A DNA stretch of 57,067 bases, filler included, from Basidiobolus ranarum (lineage: Eukaryota), in the NCBI GenBank assembly GCA_040143965.1. It is 4 parts of 4 records of this genome, joined end to end, with 100 filler letters (N's around TTAATTAATTAA, not from the genome) between each part and the next. Parts side by side here need not be neighbours in the genome. Positions count along the whole stretch, not along the records: positions 1 to 14,224 come from JASJQH010000435.1; positions 14,325 to 28,518 come from JASJQH010000436.1; 2 more parts are not named here. One strand, written 5' to 3'. The translations under genes and the position numbers were made by a program. Below the pieces are notes generated by a model. That model did no database searches, was not told the DNA's origin, and worked only from the letters and a program-made list of their open reading frames with translations. This document shows positions 12,313 to 24,161 of the stretch, in pieces. Positions within the stretch are counted from its first letter, which is position 1. Every line of letters begins with the position of its first letter.

Positions 12313-14224
12313 AGGGGGCCATAACTAAAAACAAGATTTACAACTAATCTATATCCCATCGTTCCTTCAAGCATGGTAAGTTTCATACCCAACTGAGTTA
12401 TACATAAAGGCTTTTGCTGAGAGTGTCTGGAGGACTTGGCGATATCTAGACAAGAGATTTAATCGGATTTAGACACTTGGCTTCCATAGAGTAGACTGGA
12501 ATTTCCAACTTTGTATATAGTAAGCCACTATATGTGCTTAGACACACATAACGTGCCTGTAGGTTCAGGGGAAGTAGTGATAGATATATGCCTGGACAAC
12601 GTGCTCACTGAGTAATCGGGTGAATTACTTGTTTCGATATTAATGATTAGAATTGTGCTTCCATATCAGTAGCTACTGGAATTACTTTGACGTATGTTGC
12701 ATGAACCCCCTCGCTTCTTACTCGCAATGACTATAGGACGTCGTTACCTGACCCATAGAACTAAGCATCAGATCATGTGGGTTGGCTATAATCTAACCAA
12801 TAGCTATAATTTTCACCATGTTAAGACATATTCGATGTAGCCAATGCCATAGTAGTACTTGAATGATTCATCGATTTGAATTCGATCGAAAGTTCAAGTG
12901 ATATGCGCCATAACCATAATAAGCAGTAAGCTAGCGATTTTCACTGCACTAAGATTGTTTGATCGATAGTGGGATGCCAATGAGCGTCATTCAGGTATTT
13001 ACGCCTACCTGGATTGGTGAATATTTATCGACATCGTTCTTCGAAGTCTAAGCGAGTTAACCTGATTAATGTGACAAGTACATACCAACCCTAGTTGAAG
13101 GTTAACCCTTTTAGACAATAGTACCAGGTAAATATTTGATCAGGTTAGATACCAGATGGATCGTGCTGACATCGACAAAGGATTGGTGTATCCAGCTCTT
13201 TAAGGCAACTAGAGTGTTGGATTAAGCGTCAGTCATGACCATTTGTTTCCTATCCGGTAGAGAATTCGAATCATGGACCTGCATTGTCATTTTACGGATC
13301 CAGTGCAGTATGGCCCAAGCTGACTGAATCTATTCTATATAACCTCATCGTTACATATGTTGGTCTCAACTAGGCAAGGGGGCGCTCGTGATAGGGGGAG
13401 ATGACATAGATATTGGGGTTTGGTCTCTGAACAATCATCACTTTGATCAAAAAACCTCATGATCCACCTCAGCCTAGCCCAGTGCAGCGACTATTTACTC
13501 TTGAGCCACTCAGTTTGATGTGTTTAGATGGTAAACCTAAATTGAATTTCAAGTTGATAGTGAGACCATACCGTCGAATCAGCTCTGACGGTGATCGTAC
13601 GATGTTTCGTAATGGGCTGTGACTGTCTATGAGTGTCTGTCAGGATTAGGATGTGAAGGCACGAAAAAAAGTATATAGGAGTGCCGGCGCGCTGGAGTGA
13701 ATGCTACAGATAATACCCCAAGCAATAATCATGACTGTTCAAATTACTCGACCTACTGAATACCTGGTCACTCGCTCCACTTCCTTTGTGGCAGACATAC
13801 TAAGTTCTATTACCGTTTCCGACGTTGATTCACCAAAGAAAGATCCAGTGTACAACTCCAATTATGGGCATCCCGAGCGTTCCGCATTGGAAAACAGTAC
13901 GAACACTGTGAGGAAATATCACCATACCATGGCCATGCATCATCAGCAACTTCTACTCCCTCAGATAATGATTGAGGAGCGGACACTCTAGTTCTTGTTC
14001 GCCACTCTCATCAACAGCCTCTGTAATACAGGGCAAAAGAAACTTACTCTGTATCAAATGTTTAGTGTAGCGATAACCATACAGGATTGTTTGCTTTTAG
14101 AGTTGGTCGACTGCTGCTAGCTGACGAGATACCCTTTCTTTTATACCCGGTGGAGAGAGGTTCCTTCAATCTGCAAAAACGTTCTGGTCTTTCCCCAGTT
14201 GAGCGCAAGTTAAAAAGGATATGT

Positions 14225-14324
14225 NNNNNNNNNNNNNNNNNNNNNNNNNNNNNNNNNNNNNNNNNNNNTTAATTAATTAANNNNNNNNNNNNNNNNNNNN
14301 NNNNNNNNNNNNNNNNNNNNNNNN
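14225..14324. other. Artificial contig linker
   Basis: 44 N + TTAATTAATTAA (stops in all six frames) + 44 N. Identical to the other two linkers. Confidence 0.99.
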
Positions 14325-16812
14325 CTTCTTCAAATGCACTATCATGCTGGAAATTGATACAAGATGATCCTTTGGTTTCTGAGTTAGCTTTACAGCTACA
14401 TGAAACAAAACAGCCTAAAATTGTTGCTATAGACTTCCAGCTAGACCTTTGGAAGCAATACCTTGCCTCAAAGACACCTTTCCTGATTCCTGTTATTCCA
14501 GGTTTTTGTCCTATTGGCCATCTGGTTTTTATTGAGTACCTTCCTTTCTGCTTACCACCTCTGCCCCTTAACACTATATTTACATCCTCTGAACTTTATT
14601 ACATTGGTCATCAAGTTAAGTATGTATATGATCCTGTATTGTCTCAATATCTTAAAAGATTGATGTCTTGATTGTCACTTTGTTTAGATTAGAACATAAG
14701 CTAAATAAAGTCCACACCACCTGGTGCTTTTCATCCCCCTGTTAAATATGCTTTTTTCCCTTAGGATCAGCACTACATTTTGATTTCATACCTGGCTTTT
14801 TGAAAGTTACAGGCTTCATCCTGTTAAATGTATGACATAATATCATATTAATCTTACCCTCAATGGAGTGTCGGATATTTGGGTATCACCCTTAGCCAAA
14901 TTGAATTTCCTAACGATATTGTCGCTTCTTACATTGTTTCCCAGGTTGGAACGTGTATTGGAGACAGAAAATGTGCGAAATCGCTGCCTGTTACCTGATA
15001 TGGATAAGCTGCAATTGATTTTCAATGGCAACTGCTGTTGACGATGAGGAGTTGTAAGAGCATGTTGAATATTATTTGTTGAAGATTCTTTATTTATATA
15101 TTATTGTGCATGCATTTAGATTCGTTATCTATCACTAAAAGACTCTGTCAAAGTCCATTGTAGTACTTGATGGAATAATCGGACCATTAAAGCTGACAGC
15201 ACTTTAATGTTGCAGCTTTAATTAACTACAGTTATTCAGAATATATACGCTCTCACTGACTTCATACAGTATCAGCTGCCTCTTGAAGCCTTTAGCCACT
15301 GTTTTTCTATAGAGACCTACTCCATCGCTTTGGTATCATCATTAACAACTCTAAAATTTCCTACGAACATTCGATCCATCACATTTTGTAGCTCATAGAA
15401 AGTTATAGGAATATTAGGTTAACAAGATGGGTTATTAACAAGAGAGGTCAGTACCAAAAAATGTCGAGATACAAGCTAGAGCATGATTAGTATGAAATTT
15501 GGAACATCAAATTTATCAGTTCACTTCTACTTGCAATAGCTCAATACATCAACATTATCGTGGCTGTATGGAAATTCCCTGCGCTTCCACTGGTACCCGT
15601 CCCTATGTATGAATCCTATACTTCGCCATTATTTGTACGTAACAGAGTAGCATGGAGTAAAGTTCCTACAGCCAATCGCAGTTGGTCGCAGGATAATTAA
15701 ATCTCAAGTTGATAACCTTGACTGTATTTCCATTTAGTTCACAGACCTACCGCCGAAAACAACCACGAGCCCCTACAATGCCGCCACATATAAAATGAAT
15801 CCATAACATACGTATTTATAGTAGTATTGCTAATACCGCTTCAATCGTACTACTAGTGACAATGATATTTGGATATTATCGGCTCAGTATGACACAGTAT
15901 TGACAAATTGAAACAAATTGTAGCAAATCGATAAGCACGTGACCACTTCTTGCTCAAAATCACTTGTTAGGATCTCCTTTCGTATGGATTCGTTTCTTGA
16001 GACACCTTGCGTCATTAGGGGGAATATAGTAAATAGATAGAATCCCTATATGTGAGATGTCCTCTGACCTTGCCTAGAGCGGCCTGAACGCTTAACTTAC
16101 CTGTCACCGTGAAAATAACATGAGCCATGATCCGGGATTCTACATTGTAAAATGGACTAGTATTTACAGATGTTGAAGCTAATACTCGGCTCTACTTGGA
16201 AATAATCTTTATAAGAGGAATGTCAAGAATAGAGTAGTTGGTAAATAGAGTTAGATTTGGTTGACGCATGTTATAGCACCCTCTACGACTGCATTTGATT
16301 ATCCACTCAAAAGCAATGTAACTGTTTAAGTAAAAAACGTCGCACTCATAGAGAGTGGTGTATTCACTTCAAACAAGTATTAGCCATGTGCTTTCTATCG
16401 TAATCAATTTTATGGGTTCTGCAGAAATCACTGGGCAGCATGATATCCACCTTATAGCCATTCGTTCACATTGGTAGATTATGCCATAGATTACTTCGTA
16501 TAGCAACAGCATGAATCAAATGCTCTGCTTATTCTGCATTCCGCTTGTTGATCACTGCCTCATTGAAATTATGAATCGAACTATGAAAAGAGGATATATC
16601 TATAGGGCGCCAAAGGCACGAATGATAAGGGGACGGGCTAATGTAAAACTTTTGGGGATATATTAATTGCTTGATACCTTTTATCCACAGTTTAAGGGGC
16701 GTAAGTACCATTTAAATCAGATTGTGTTTAGACCGGTAGCATGGTTAGGTATGACTTAATCACATGCAATAGTCGTCAGGTTTCCATACAAATGCGTGCA
16801 AATGGCAATACC

Positions 16813-16819
16813 TATAAAT
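16813..16819 (+). promoter_or_regulatory. Putative TATA box of the sulfotransferase gene
   Basis: TATAAAT ending about 42 nt upstream of ATG 16861. Supports 16861/16870 rather than 16741 as the start. Confidence 0.45.
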
Positions 16820-16860
16820 TCAACCACTGGAGAACCTTCTTCCGCAATAGTATTTTAAGA

Positions 16861-18266
16861 ATGACGCAAATGTCGAGCATTAGACTTGATCTTATCGCTA
16901 GGCAGTTAGTATCTCATGTATCTCCAGTACTATTACTGTGGACTACAGCTTATTTACTTGGTTGGTCGCTCTGGTTACTAGCTTTCTATGTAATCACTCC
17001 ATATTTTGCACCATTCGTGGTGGGCTCATACGCCCTAACATACATACGATGCTCATTAACGGATTCGTCGATTCCTCTACATGTCAGGTAACTAGATTTT
17101 CCACATGAAATCTGCTATTAGAGAAACTTATTTAGCCTTGGTATAGGTCACTAGGGCTGTGTCGACTGTTTTACACCTTTTTTCTGCGACAACCTTTGTT
17201 CAATGTAGCCTGGTGGATTGATGAGATACTATTTCCTTTATACCATTTGGCCTTAGTCAAGCCACCCATCTTCATTTTGGGCCAGCCCAGATCAGGCACT
17301 ACCAAGCTGCTAGATCTACTGGCAACTAATGAAAAGCATGTTGTAGCCCTAAAACTATGGGAGTATACCTATCCGATTCTATGGCTGCAGTATTTGGTGG
17401 ATTTCATTGGATTCTATGATGAGAAATACTTCAATCATTGGATTCAGAAGCAGCTGGATCCATTTGGTTCAGATGAGCCAAACCAACTACGCAAGATGCA
17501 TCGTATAAGCATGGACAAATGGGAAGAAGATAATATGTCATTCTCCATTCATTTTATGTTTTGCGTTTCCGACCTTTACTACCATCCGAGCATAGAGAGT
17601 ATGGAGCAGCTGACTGACTTTTTTTCATTAGACAGCGCATTAAGAAAGAGAATATTTGACTTCCATCAAAAAATGGTGAAGAAAGTGCTATTTAGGAGAG
17701 GGAACGAGCAATCTGTTTACATGGCCAAGTGGGTCGTGTGTTGGAATGGTGAATATAAGCATATCGTGGACACATATCCAGATGCGCGATACGTATTTAT
17801 CTATCGAAACCCCGAGGAAAGCATACCTAGCCTCTTGAAACTTTACAGTGGTGTGTCACTGTATTTAGCGAACTACGACCCATTCACCAATAGTGCATTT
17901 AAAAGTATCTTGATGAGATATATTTATCATGGTCACAGCAATGAAATTGAGTTTGTAAAATCCTTGCTACTGAAAAAGCAACATGTGCAGATCGTCTCGT
18001 TTACCGAACTCTATCAGAACATCGAAGAACAAATCCAAAAGATTAATGATTTACTACAGCTGCCTATGTCAGTAGAATACAAACGTTTTCTTCAAGAAGA
18101 GCATAAGAATCAAACTCAGCATACGAAAACTGACACTAAAAATCACACTGAATGTAAGGAAGAGATTGCTCTCCATTGCCCGTGTTTTTGTGACCAACTG
18201 AAAGCATTACAGAAATGGACAAATGCTGGAGTAAGTCCCACTTTGAGTGATTTTGAATTGATGTAG
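16861..18266 (+). CDS. PAPS-dependent sulfotransferase (Sulfotransfer_3/Stf-like) with N-terminal membrane helices; exons 16861-17087 and 17147-18266, about 448 aa
   Basis: GTAACT...GTATAG intron 17088-17146 (59 nt) joins the two track ORFs in frame (...PLHVR/SLGLCRLFYTFFLRQPLFNVAWWIDEILFP...). 5'-PSB loop PPIFILGQPRSGTT and 3'-PB motif YPDARYVFIYRNPEESIPS are present. Confidence 0.88.
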
Positions 18267-19924
18267 ACGGGCATTCGAGGCCCTAACTCCAAGTGTATGT
18301 AGTAGATAGGCTGTTTGCAACTAAATTTGCTGAGGACAAGTACTTAAATGTGACTGTTTACCTATTCATTAGTGGCTATATATCTAATCATTAGTTTCTG
18401 TAATCAACTTTCACCTCCACTCTATATGCTCTTCCACTTGATACTCTCGGGCATCAGTGTCCCCCCTATCAGTCAAAATAAAACCCCAACTACAGATACT
18501 CTCCTGACTATTATCATTTCCTTAGGTCCTGAACTTCGGCTTTGCGGTGAATTGTGAATGCTTATGGAAGATGTATTCAAGCGGTTCTTTACTCTCTCCT
18601 GATCCAGGTATAGCTTCTCTACTTCCTATGCTCTCTTTTACGTGATACAAGGCCCAGAAGTGCAAGAAAAGCATGTATTGGCGATGCTAGTAAGGTTTGC
18701 AACATTGAGGAATTTTCCCAAAATGCAGTGACTGCAATGGCGAATACAAATCGATTAAGAGGTGAAATTTAAAGGGAAATTACACTATCTTGCAGGTCCT
18801 TTGATGAAGTAGGATGTATCACTATTACATATGGTTGCTAACTTGCATATATCATGCAGTATTGATTTTAATGATGTGGTAGTGGCAGTAATGATTCGGA
18901 GCAGTATTTAAATACTTTTAACTGCCACTTGGGCCATTTGGTGAAGCAACCCTCCGTATTGATATCCTCTTTGTTGACATCAAGTGCTTTGTATGCCTAT
19001 GTCAGGACACACTTTGATATAAAAAGATGATATGACATTCATTGTTATTGGTGTCAAGGTATTCATTTTCTTGTTGAGATCTTTGAGGCTAGCGTCTCTA
19101 CTCTAGCCAATATATTACAGCTGTCTTTAATATTGCGACCAATTCTCCGGATTTCCTCCATAGCTAAACTGTGTCACCTATATGATTGCTGAGTCAAACT
19201 CAAACTTAAGCAGAAGTTTATAATTTAATTTCTCAATGTCAGGCTTTCCCATTTCAAACTTGCGATTCTGACGATAATACTGACCTCATATATACACAAA
19301 ACAACCTACAAGTCAATATACATTTAGACGCCATTGTAGAGTGATGACTCTAGCTAAAGAATGTGCTCTTACCCGCATTATGAGAAGAATGAAGATCATT
19401 GTATCTTTTGATTAATAACATAAAATGATAGACTATTTAATTTTTCCAGTGCCACTCAGCATGCATCTATAAATCTACAGCCTGCAATGTCTGGACTTTG
19501 TGAAGTCAGATGGAACAGATAAGTAGTCGTTGTGAACTTGACTAAACTAAAGAAGCTGCTAACTGTAGGATCTATGAGCTATTTACGTACTAAATGCTTG
19601 CAGAGTATATATGAGTTCATATGATTCTTGTTAATGAAATGATTTGTAATAGGATTAAGGTTAGGGCTAGTAAATACTGGAAAGAAGTATTATATCTATC
19701 CAAAGACACGGGGGAGTGAATGGGAAAGCTGTCTACAATGTGCCACCTATGAAATAGAAATTATAGTTGCTACTTTAAATGTTGGCTTAGCTTGCAAGTC
19801 ATTCAAATTAACTACCTTTATCCAGCAAATAGGAAGGCCAACATATGGCCTTTTTATACAAGTATTTGGAGATACTATACCTGAGTATAGGTTAGAAGCC
19901 TATATGAATAGATACTAGAATAAT

Positions 19925-19998
19925 AGGAATGGTAGCTGAGCAGCTTGAGCTTCTTGGTAGAGTTAAAGAGGACTCAGGTTCAATCTGTGGTCAAATTA
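19925..19998 (+). repeat. Highly degenerate tRNA-like/SINE-head relic
   Basis: GGTAGCTGAGCAGCTTGAGC...AGTTAAAGAGGACTCAGGTTCAATCTGTGGT has A-box and B-box-like motifs at tRNA spacing and aligns collinearly with 37093-37165. Confidence 0.4.
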
Positions 19999-21635
19999 AT
20001 GTTTATTGAAATGGATAATGTGTAAATTCAAGAAGCTTTATATGGTTGCTCCAAATCTCATTCTTTCACACAGCAATCATGGTATTATCCCTTTGGGACA
20101 TCCAACACCAAAACTCTAAAAAACATGCATTAATGATTCTAAATTTATTCTTTGCTCCATAATGTAATGGTTTCTTAAAGCATGTAATTGAGTATGGCTA
20201 TATCTATATGTAAGCTTTATATCAAACTTGTATTGACTCTTCAATAGCATCAGTAAAGTTTTACATTCTTTTGCTTTTTATCCAGGTAGATCATTGTATT
20301 CTGTAATGTTAGACAGTATCATGATCAATAGCCATCTTGTATGATATGATTATAGTTATGAAATATTTGGCCAACAAGCAATAGCCGTGGTAGCTAATAT
20401 ATTTGAATATATTGGCCTTAAACTTAGATGCTTCAATAATATCATGTTGATGAATTCTGGGAGGTTCAATACCCATGTTTACTTTCAGGCATTCCATTCA
20501 ATTGGTGCACCTATACCCCAATAATTGCAAATATATTTATGATTTTGGGATTGTAAATGGAACTAACTCCATGGGGGTACCAATCACCCAAAACTTCATG
20601 GCTATAGCTTAATGCCAAGAAAGGCACCATCATGGTACACCAACGACCTGAGCAAGGTAGACATAAAAATGCTTGTATTGGAATTGCAGATCCGAATATC
20701 ACAAGAGTCAACTGCGTTACTCGTGACAGCATCTGGTCCAACTCATGGCCAATGGAATGGTACACTCCAGGCCCAGAATATCATTTAGAAACAAGCATTC
20801 GCAATTTGCAGTACTCACAATAAGATTTAAGCAGTGTTCAATTAAGCCCGAATAAGCTTCGATGAATCTAATCAAAAAAGCTCGTACCACCTAATTCTTT
20901 TTTTAGCGTTGGTACGATGATCCGATACTGTGATCATTTTGAAAAACATTCCGATCATTTATTCATCCAGAGATCTTCAATATATACTTTGAGAGAACTG
21001 GTTGATATTGAACATTAGGAGGAAAGTAATACGAAGGAAGGAAGCAACTACCATCACCAATAGAAACCCTGGTTACTACTTTCTTAGTTACTAGGTAGTA
21101 TATCATCATTACATTGCGGTAACAGTTTGAATCCACGACCTTGCTATTCCGATTTTTATATTGGTGAATAACTACAAGGCGCTTTTAATGTAACATCCAT
21201 TAATTCTTCTGAACTCACCTGCGTACTTTTGCCTTAAAAGGAAAAGAGTTACTTTTGGCACCAAATTACCAGATATGTAATGGTTATGAAACCTTTGCTT
21301 CCATATATTAGATTGGGTATACACTGCCCCATGCTTTGAAGTAAAGCGCATGTTACTTTCTCTGCAGTTCATTTTTTAAATACAGGGGGACAAAGGAATA
21401 TTAAATATGCTGCTTTAGTATACCATATGTATTTAAATATTAATTATTTTAGGATCCGATAAATTTTACAAATCCAAGCTAGTTTAGCATGGGATATTAC
21501 TACAAACGGGTATGCATGATATTTCTGCTTAAAGACAATTAGTATCGGACTCCATCGATATGAAAAGAAAAATGACAAAAACCTATAGCGGCATTTTCAA
21601 CGATTGAGTAGTTGTGGTGGCGCATTCGTGAGGAG

Positions 21636-24161
21636 TTAAACGTCAATACTGGTCATGACAGTCACCGCACCATACCCACGTAAAGAGATGATTGCCCAAT
21701 CTGGCAGGGAGTCTTTGAAGCTATCAAAGGATGGGAAATGCTTTTTGTAGTTATCGTAGTAGCAGAATATGGAGACCGAACGCTTCTCTGGTTTGGCATT
21801 TCGTATTAGAAAGACAATATTCTTTTCAAATTCTCTCTTGAATATAAACATTCTATTCTCGGCTAATTTCTCTTTTATGACATCACCATTCACTGAATAC
21901 TCCTCAGTCGTATCGTATTGAAATTGGAAACTACATGTTCTGGTTTCTGGTGCGGATATGGTGATTTCTAATTCACGTTGACCTTCTGGCGTGTTGGTTT
22001 TGACTTGGGTTATGATTGGGGATTGCTCAGCGTTCACTTTGGTGAAGATTGGTTTGGAAGTGGAATTCCAGGTACATTCGTGTATACCTGCTTCAACAGT
22101 GCATTTTCGGTTGGAGTTGGTCGATTCGATAGAACTTAGCAGTTTGGGTAGATCGCACACAGATCTTGTCACTGTCCAAGTATTTCCGGTCCCTGGCTCG
22201 TGATATACATTATGAAACACGCGAATAGGTGCTCCAGCATTGTATGGAAATAGAACACCAGTCAAAATGACCATTATCACAACCCACAGAGTAAGCAAGC
22301 ACACCAGACTGGGGAAAGCGTCGCCTTTCTGTAACCAAGGAATCAAGCAAATCAAGCATGTGGTAAATGCAATGGAAAACAGTGCATAAACCATGAAGGA
22401 CGGTGTACCGTCTGCTACAGTTTGGGAGGTAGCATCGACTAAGATATTCACTATATCGATAATCAGGAAAAGTGGAGGCAAACAGCTAATCACCATTCGT
22501 ATGGGCCATACCCATTTGTAGGTAATGTTGGACTTACTCCAACTACCCCAGCGAAATTCTATCCCCTCCAAGATGAAAACGCCAACAAGATGAGCAATAG
22601 TAAGCCACAGTGCGTAATAGAGAAGACCTAATCCGTAAGCACTTGCTATGACCGATATCAAAGTAGTACACCACCACACAAGCATCATTCCGTGGAAAGC
22701 CAGGCGATCACGGTTTATATGAGAATCCAATATGAAGGTTTTTCCAATGTGCCTGTTTTCCAACCATCTCCACAACCACTGTGCCATGGTAAAAGCCCAT
22801 ACGGTAGTGGAGGCGAAGGCAAACATCACTAAAACGGGTCTACCATAAACGACGTTTCCATTCGCTTTAGAGAGATAGAACCCAAACAAAATATTGAATA
22901 GAATCCCAAAGATGATGGTCAAGGTGATTGCAAGGAAAGATCTCAATAATGGGAGGAGGAATCCGCCTAGAGTGAGTCGTTGGGATTTCTCTACACGGTT
23001 TCGTTTCATCAGATAGTACCCTACTATATAAAATATAGGTATGATGACCAATAATGCTACATTGACACCAACGTGCCACTTGAAGTTGTAGATAACCGTG
23101 CTCTTGCCAAGTATGTCATAATGAATTGCAGGCTTTGCACGGTAGTCCAGACCTCTATATAAGTATTCAGAATTGGCCAGAGCTCTTGTTGTAGCGAGGG
23201 TCACACCACCCATGTGCTGAACTGAGCGAGGTGAGGTAGAGTCAATGCTATCTAGCAATGTGTGGTAATGAGATCTACGTTGATAGAAAGCGATATCCAG
23301 GCCAGATATGTTGTATTTATAGGCGTACACTTGATAGTCAGTGCTGGATTTAATGAGGCCCAATTTGAACACGTCGTTTGCAATGACTGAAGTATGAGGG
23401 AAAGGTGAATGTGAATAGAAATGATTTAATGGCTCATCGGAAGAGCGGAATACCATTGATCTTCCACCCGCGCCTGCACCTTCCAAGTTGATGAAAGCTC
23501 GAACATCTTTGGACCAGGGATGTTTCATGAAACTCTCGCTTCCAAGCAGACCCATCTCTTCACAATTATTCAGATTGAATATGACTGTATCTGCAATGGG
23601 TTGCTCTATAAGGCTGCGTGCAACTTCTAACGCAACCACTACTCCAACACCGTTGTCCGTAGCACCATGACTAAAAGGAACGCTATCAAAATGAGCAGAA
23701 ATAAGTAAAGCTTCCGGGCGTTTTTTAGTGCCTTCGACACGCAATAGTAAGTTGCTCGATTCAAAGTAACGCCAACCGGAGTAAGTACCTCCACCCAAAC
23801 TAAAGCCAGTATATGTAACATTATCTTTGAGAACCAAATCGACTGTACGGTTTAAGGCTTTCCCTCTGTCTGAGAGTTCCTGTAATACGCTACTTAAGTA
23901 CTCTTGAGTCTTCAGGTTAGTTTCGGAGTTATAAGGGTGTGGCTCGGTGGCAAATTGTTGAAGTTGCTTCCAGGCTCTTGTAGCAGAGAATCCAATATCT
24001 TCAGTCTCAGGTAAAGGATCAGGTAGACCTTTACGAACAGGCAAGATAATGGCAAAAGCTACGGCGTAAACTAATATGAGGAGAGCATACACAATGATCG
24101 CGTTTTTGTTAGGGAGGTAGCGCAATCTAGCCTCCTTTTTAGTGATAGAGATTGAATTCAT
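21636..24161 (-). CDS. PFF1: M28 family multipass membrane metallopeptidase (Pff1/ERMP1-like); intronless
   Basis: 841 aa. One N-terminal TM helix, M28 motifs LLISAHFDS, GATDNGVG, NNCEEMGLLGS, FINLEGAGAGGR, STDYQVY, GLDIAFY, YHT..D, then about 8 TM helices and a soluble C-domain. Confidence 0.95.
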   Translation of the reverse strand: MNSISITKKEARLRYLPNKNAIIVYALLILVYAVAFAIILPVRKGLPDPLPETEDIGFSATRAWKQLQQFATEPHPYNSETNLKTQEYLSSVLQELSDRGKALNRTVDLVLKDNVTYTGFSLGGGTYSGWRYFESSNLLLRVEGTKKRPEALLISAHFDSVPFSHGATDNGVGVVVALEVARSLIEQPIADTVIFNLNNCEEMGLLGSESFMKHPWSKDVRAFINLEGAGAGGRSMVFRSSDEPLNHFYSHSPFPHTSVIANDVFKLGLIKSSTDYQVYAYKYNISGLDIAFYQRRSHYHTLLDSIDSTSPRSVQHMGGVTLATTRALANSEYLYRGLDYRAKPAIHYDILGKSTVIYNFKWHVGVNVALLVIIPIFYIVGYYLMKRNRVEKSQRLTLGGFLLPLLRSFLAITLTIIFGILFNILFGFYLSKANGNVVYGRPVLVMFAFASTTVWAFTMAQWLWRWLENRHIGKTFILDSHINRDRLAFHGMMLVWWCTTLISVIASAYGLGLLYYALWLTIAHLVGVFILEGIEFRWGSWSKSNITYKWVWPIRMVISCLPPLFLIIDIVNILVDATSQTVADGTPSFMVYALFSIAFTTCLICLIPWLQKGDAFPSLVCLLTLWVVIMVILTGVLFPYNAGAPIRVFHNVYHEPGTGNTWTVTRSVCDLPKLLSSIESTNSNRKCTVEAGIHECTWNSTSKPIFTKVNAEQSPIITQVKTNTPEGQRELEITISAPETRTCSFQFQYDTTEEYSVNGDVIKEKLAENRMFIFKREFEKNIVFLIRNAKPEKRSVSIFCYYDNYKKHFPSFDSFKDSLPDWAIISLRGYGAVTVMTSIDV

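Noticed and set aside
13701..14224. 96-aa ORF with an upstream TATA-like motif and a second ORF running into the gap
   Set aside because: No recognisable domain or convincing splice path; it may be a gene fragment but is unsupported.
14325..14671. 105-aa ORF at the contig start
   Set aside because: No family motif; possibly a repeat remnant at a contig break.
16741..16860. Upstream ATG extension of sulfotransferase exon 1
   Set aside because: Contains the TATAAAT box; the start at 16861 or 16870 is more plausible.
20340..20823. Coding-like broken frames
   Set aside because: Multiple stops and no assignable family.
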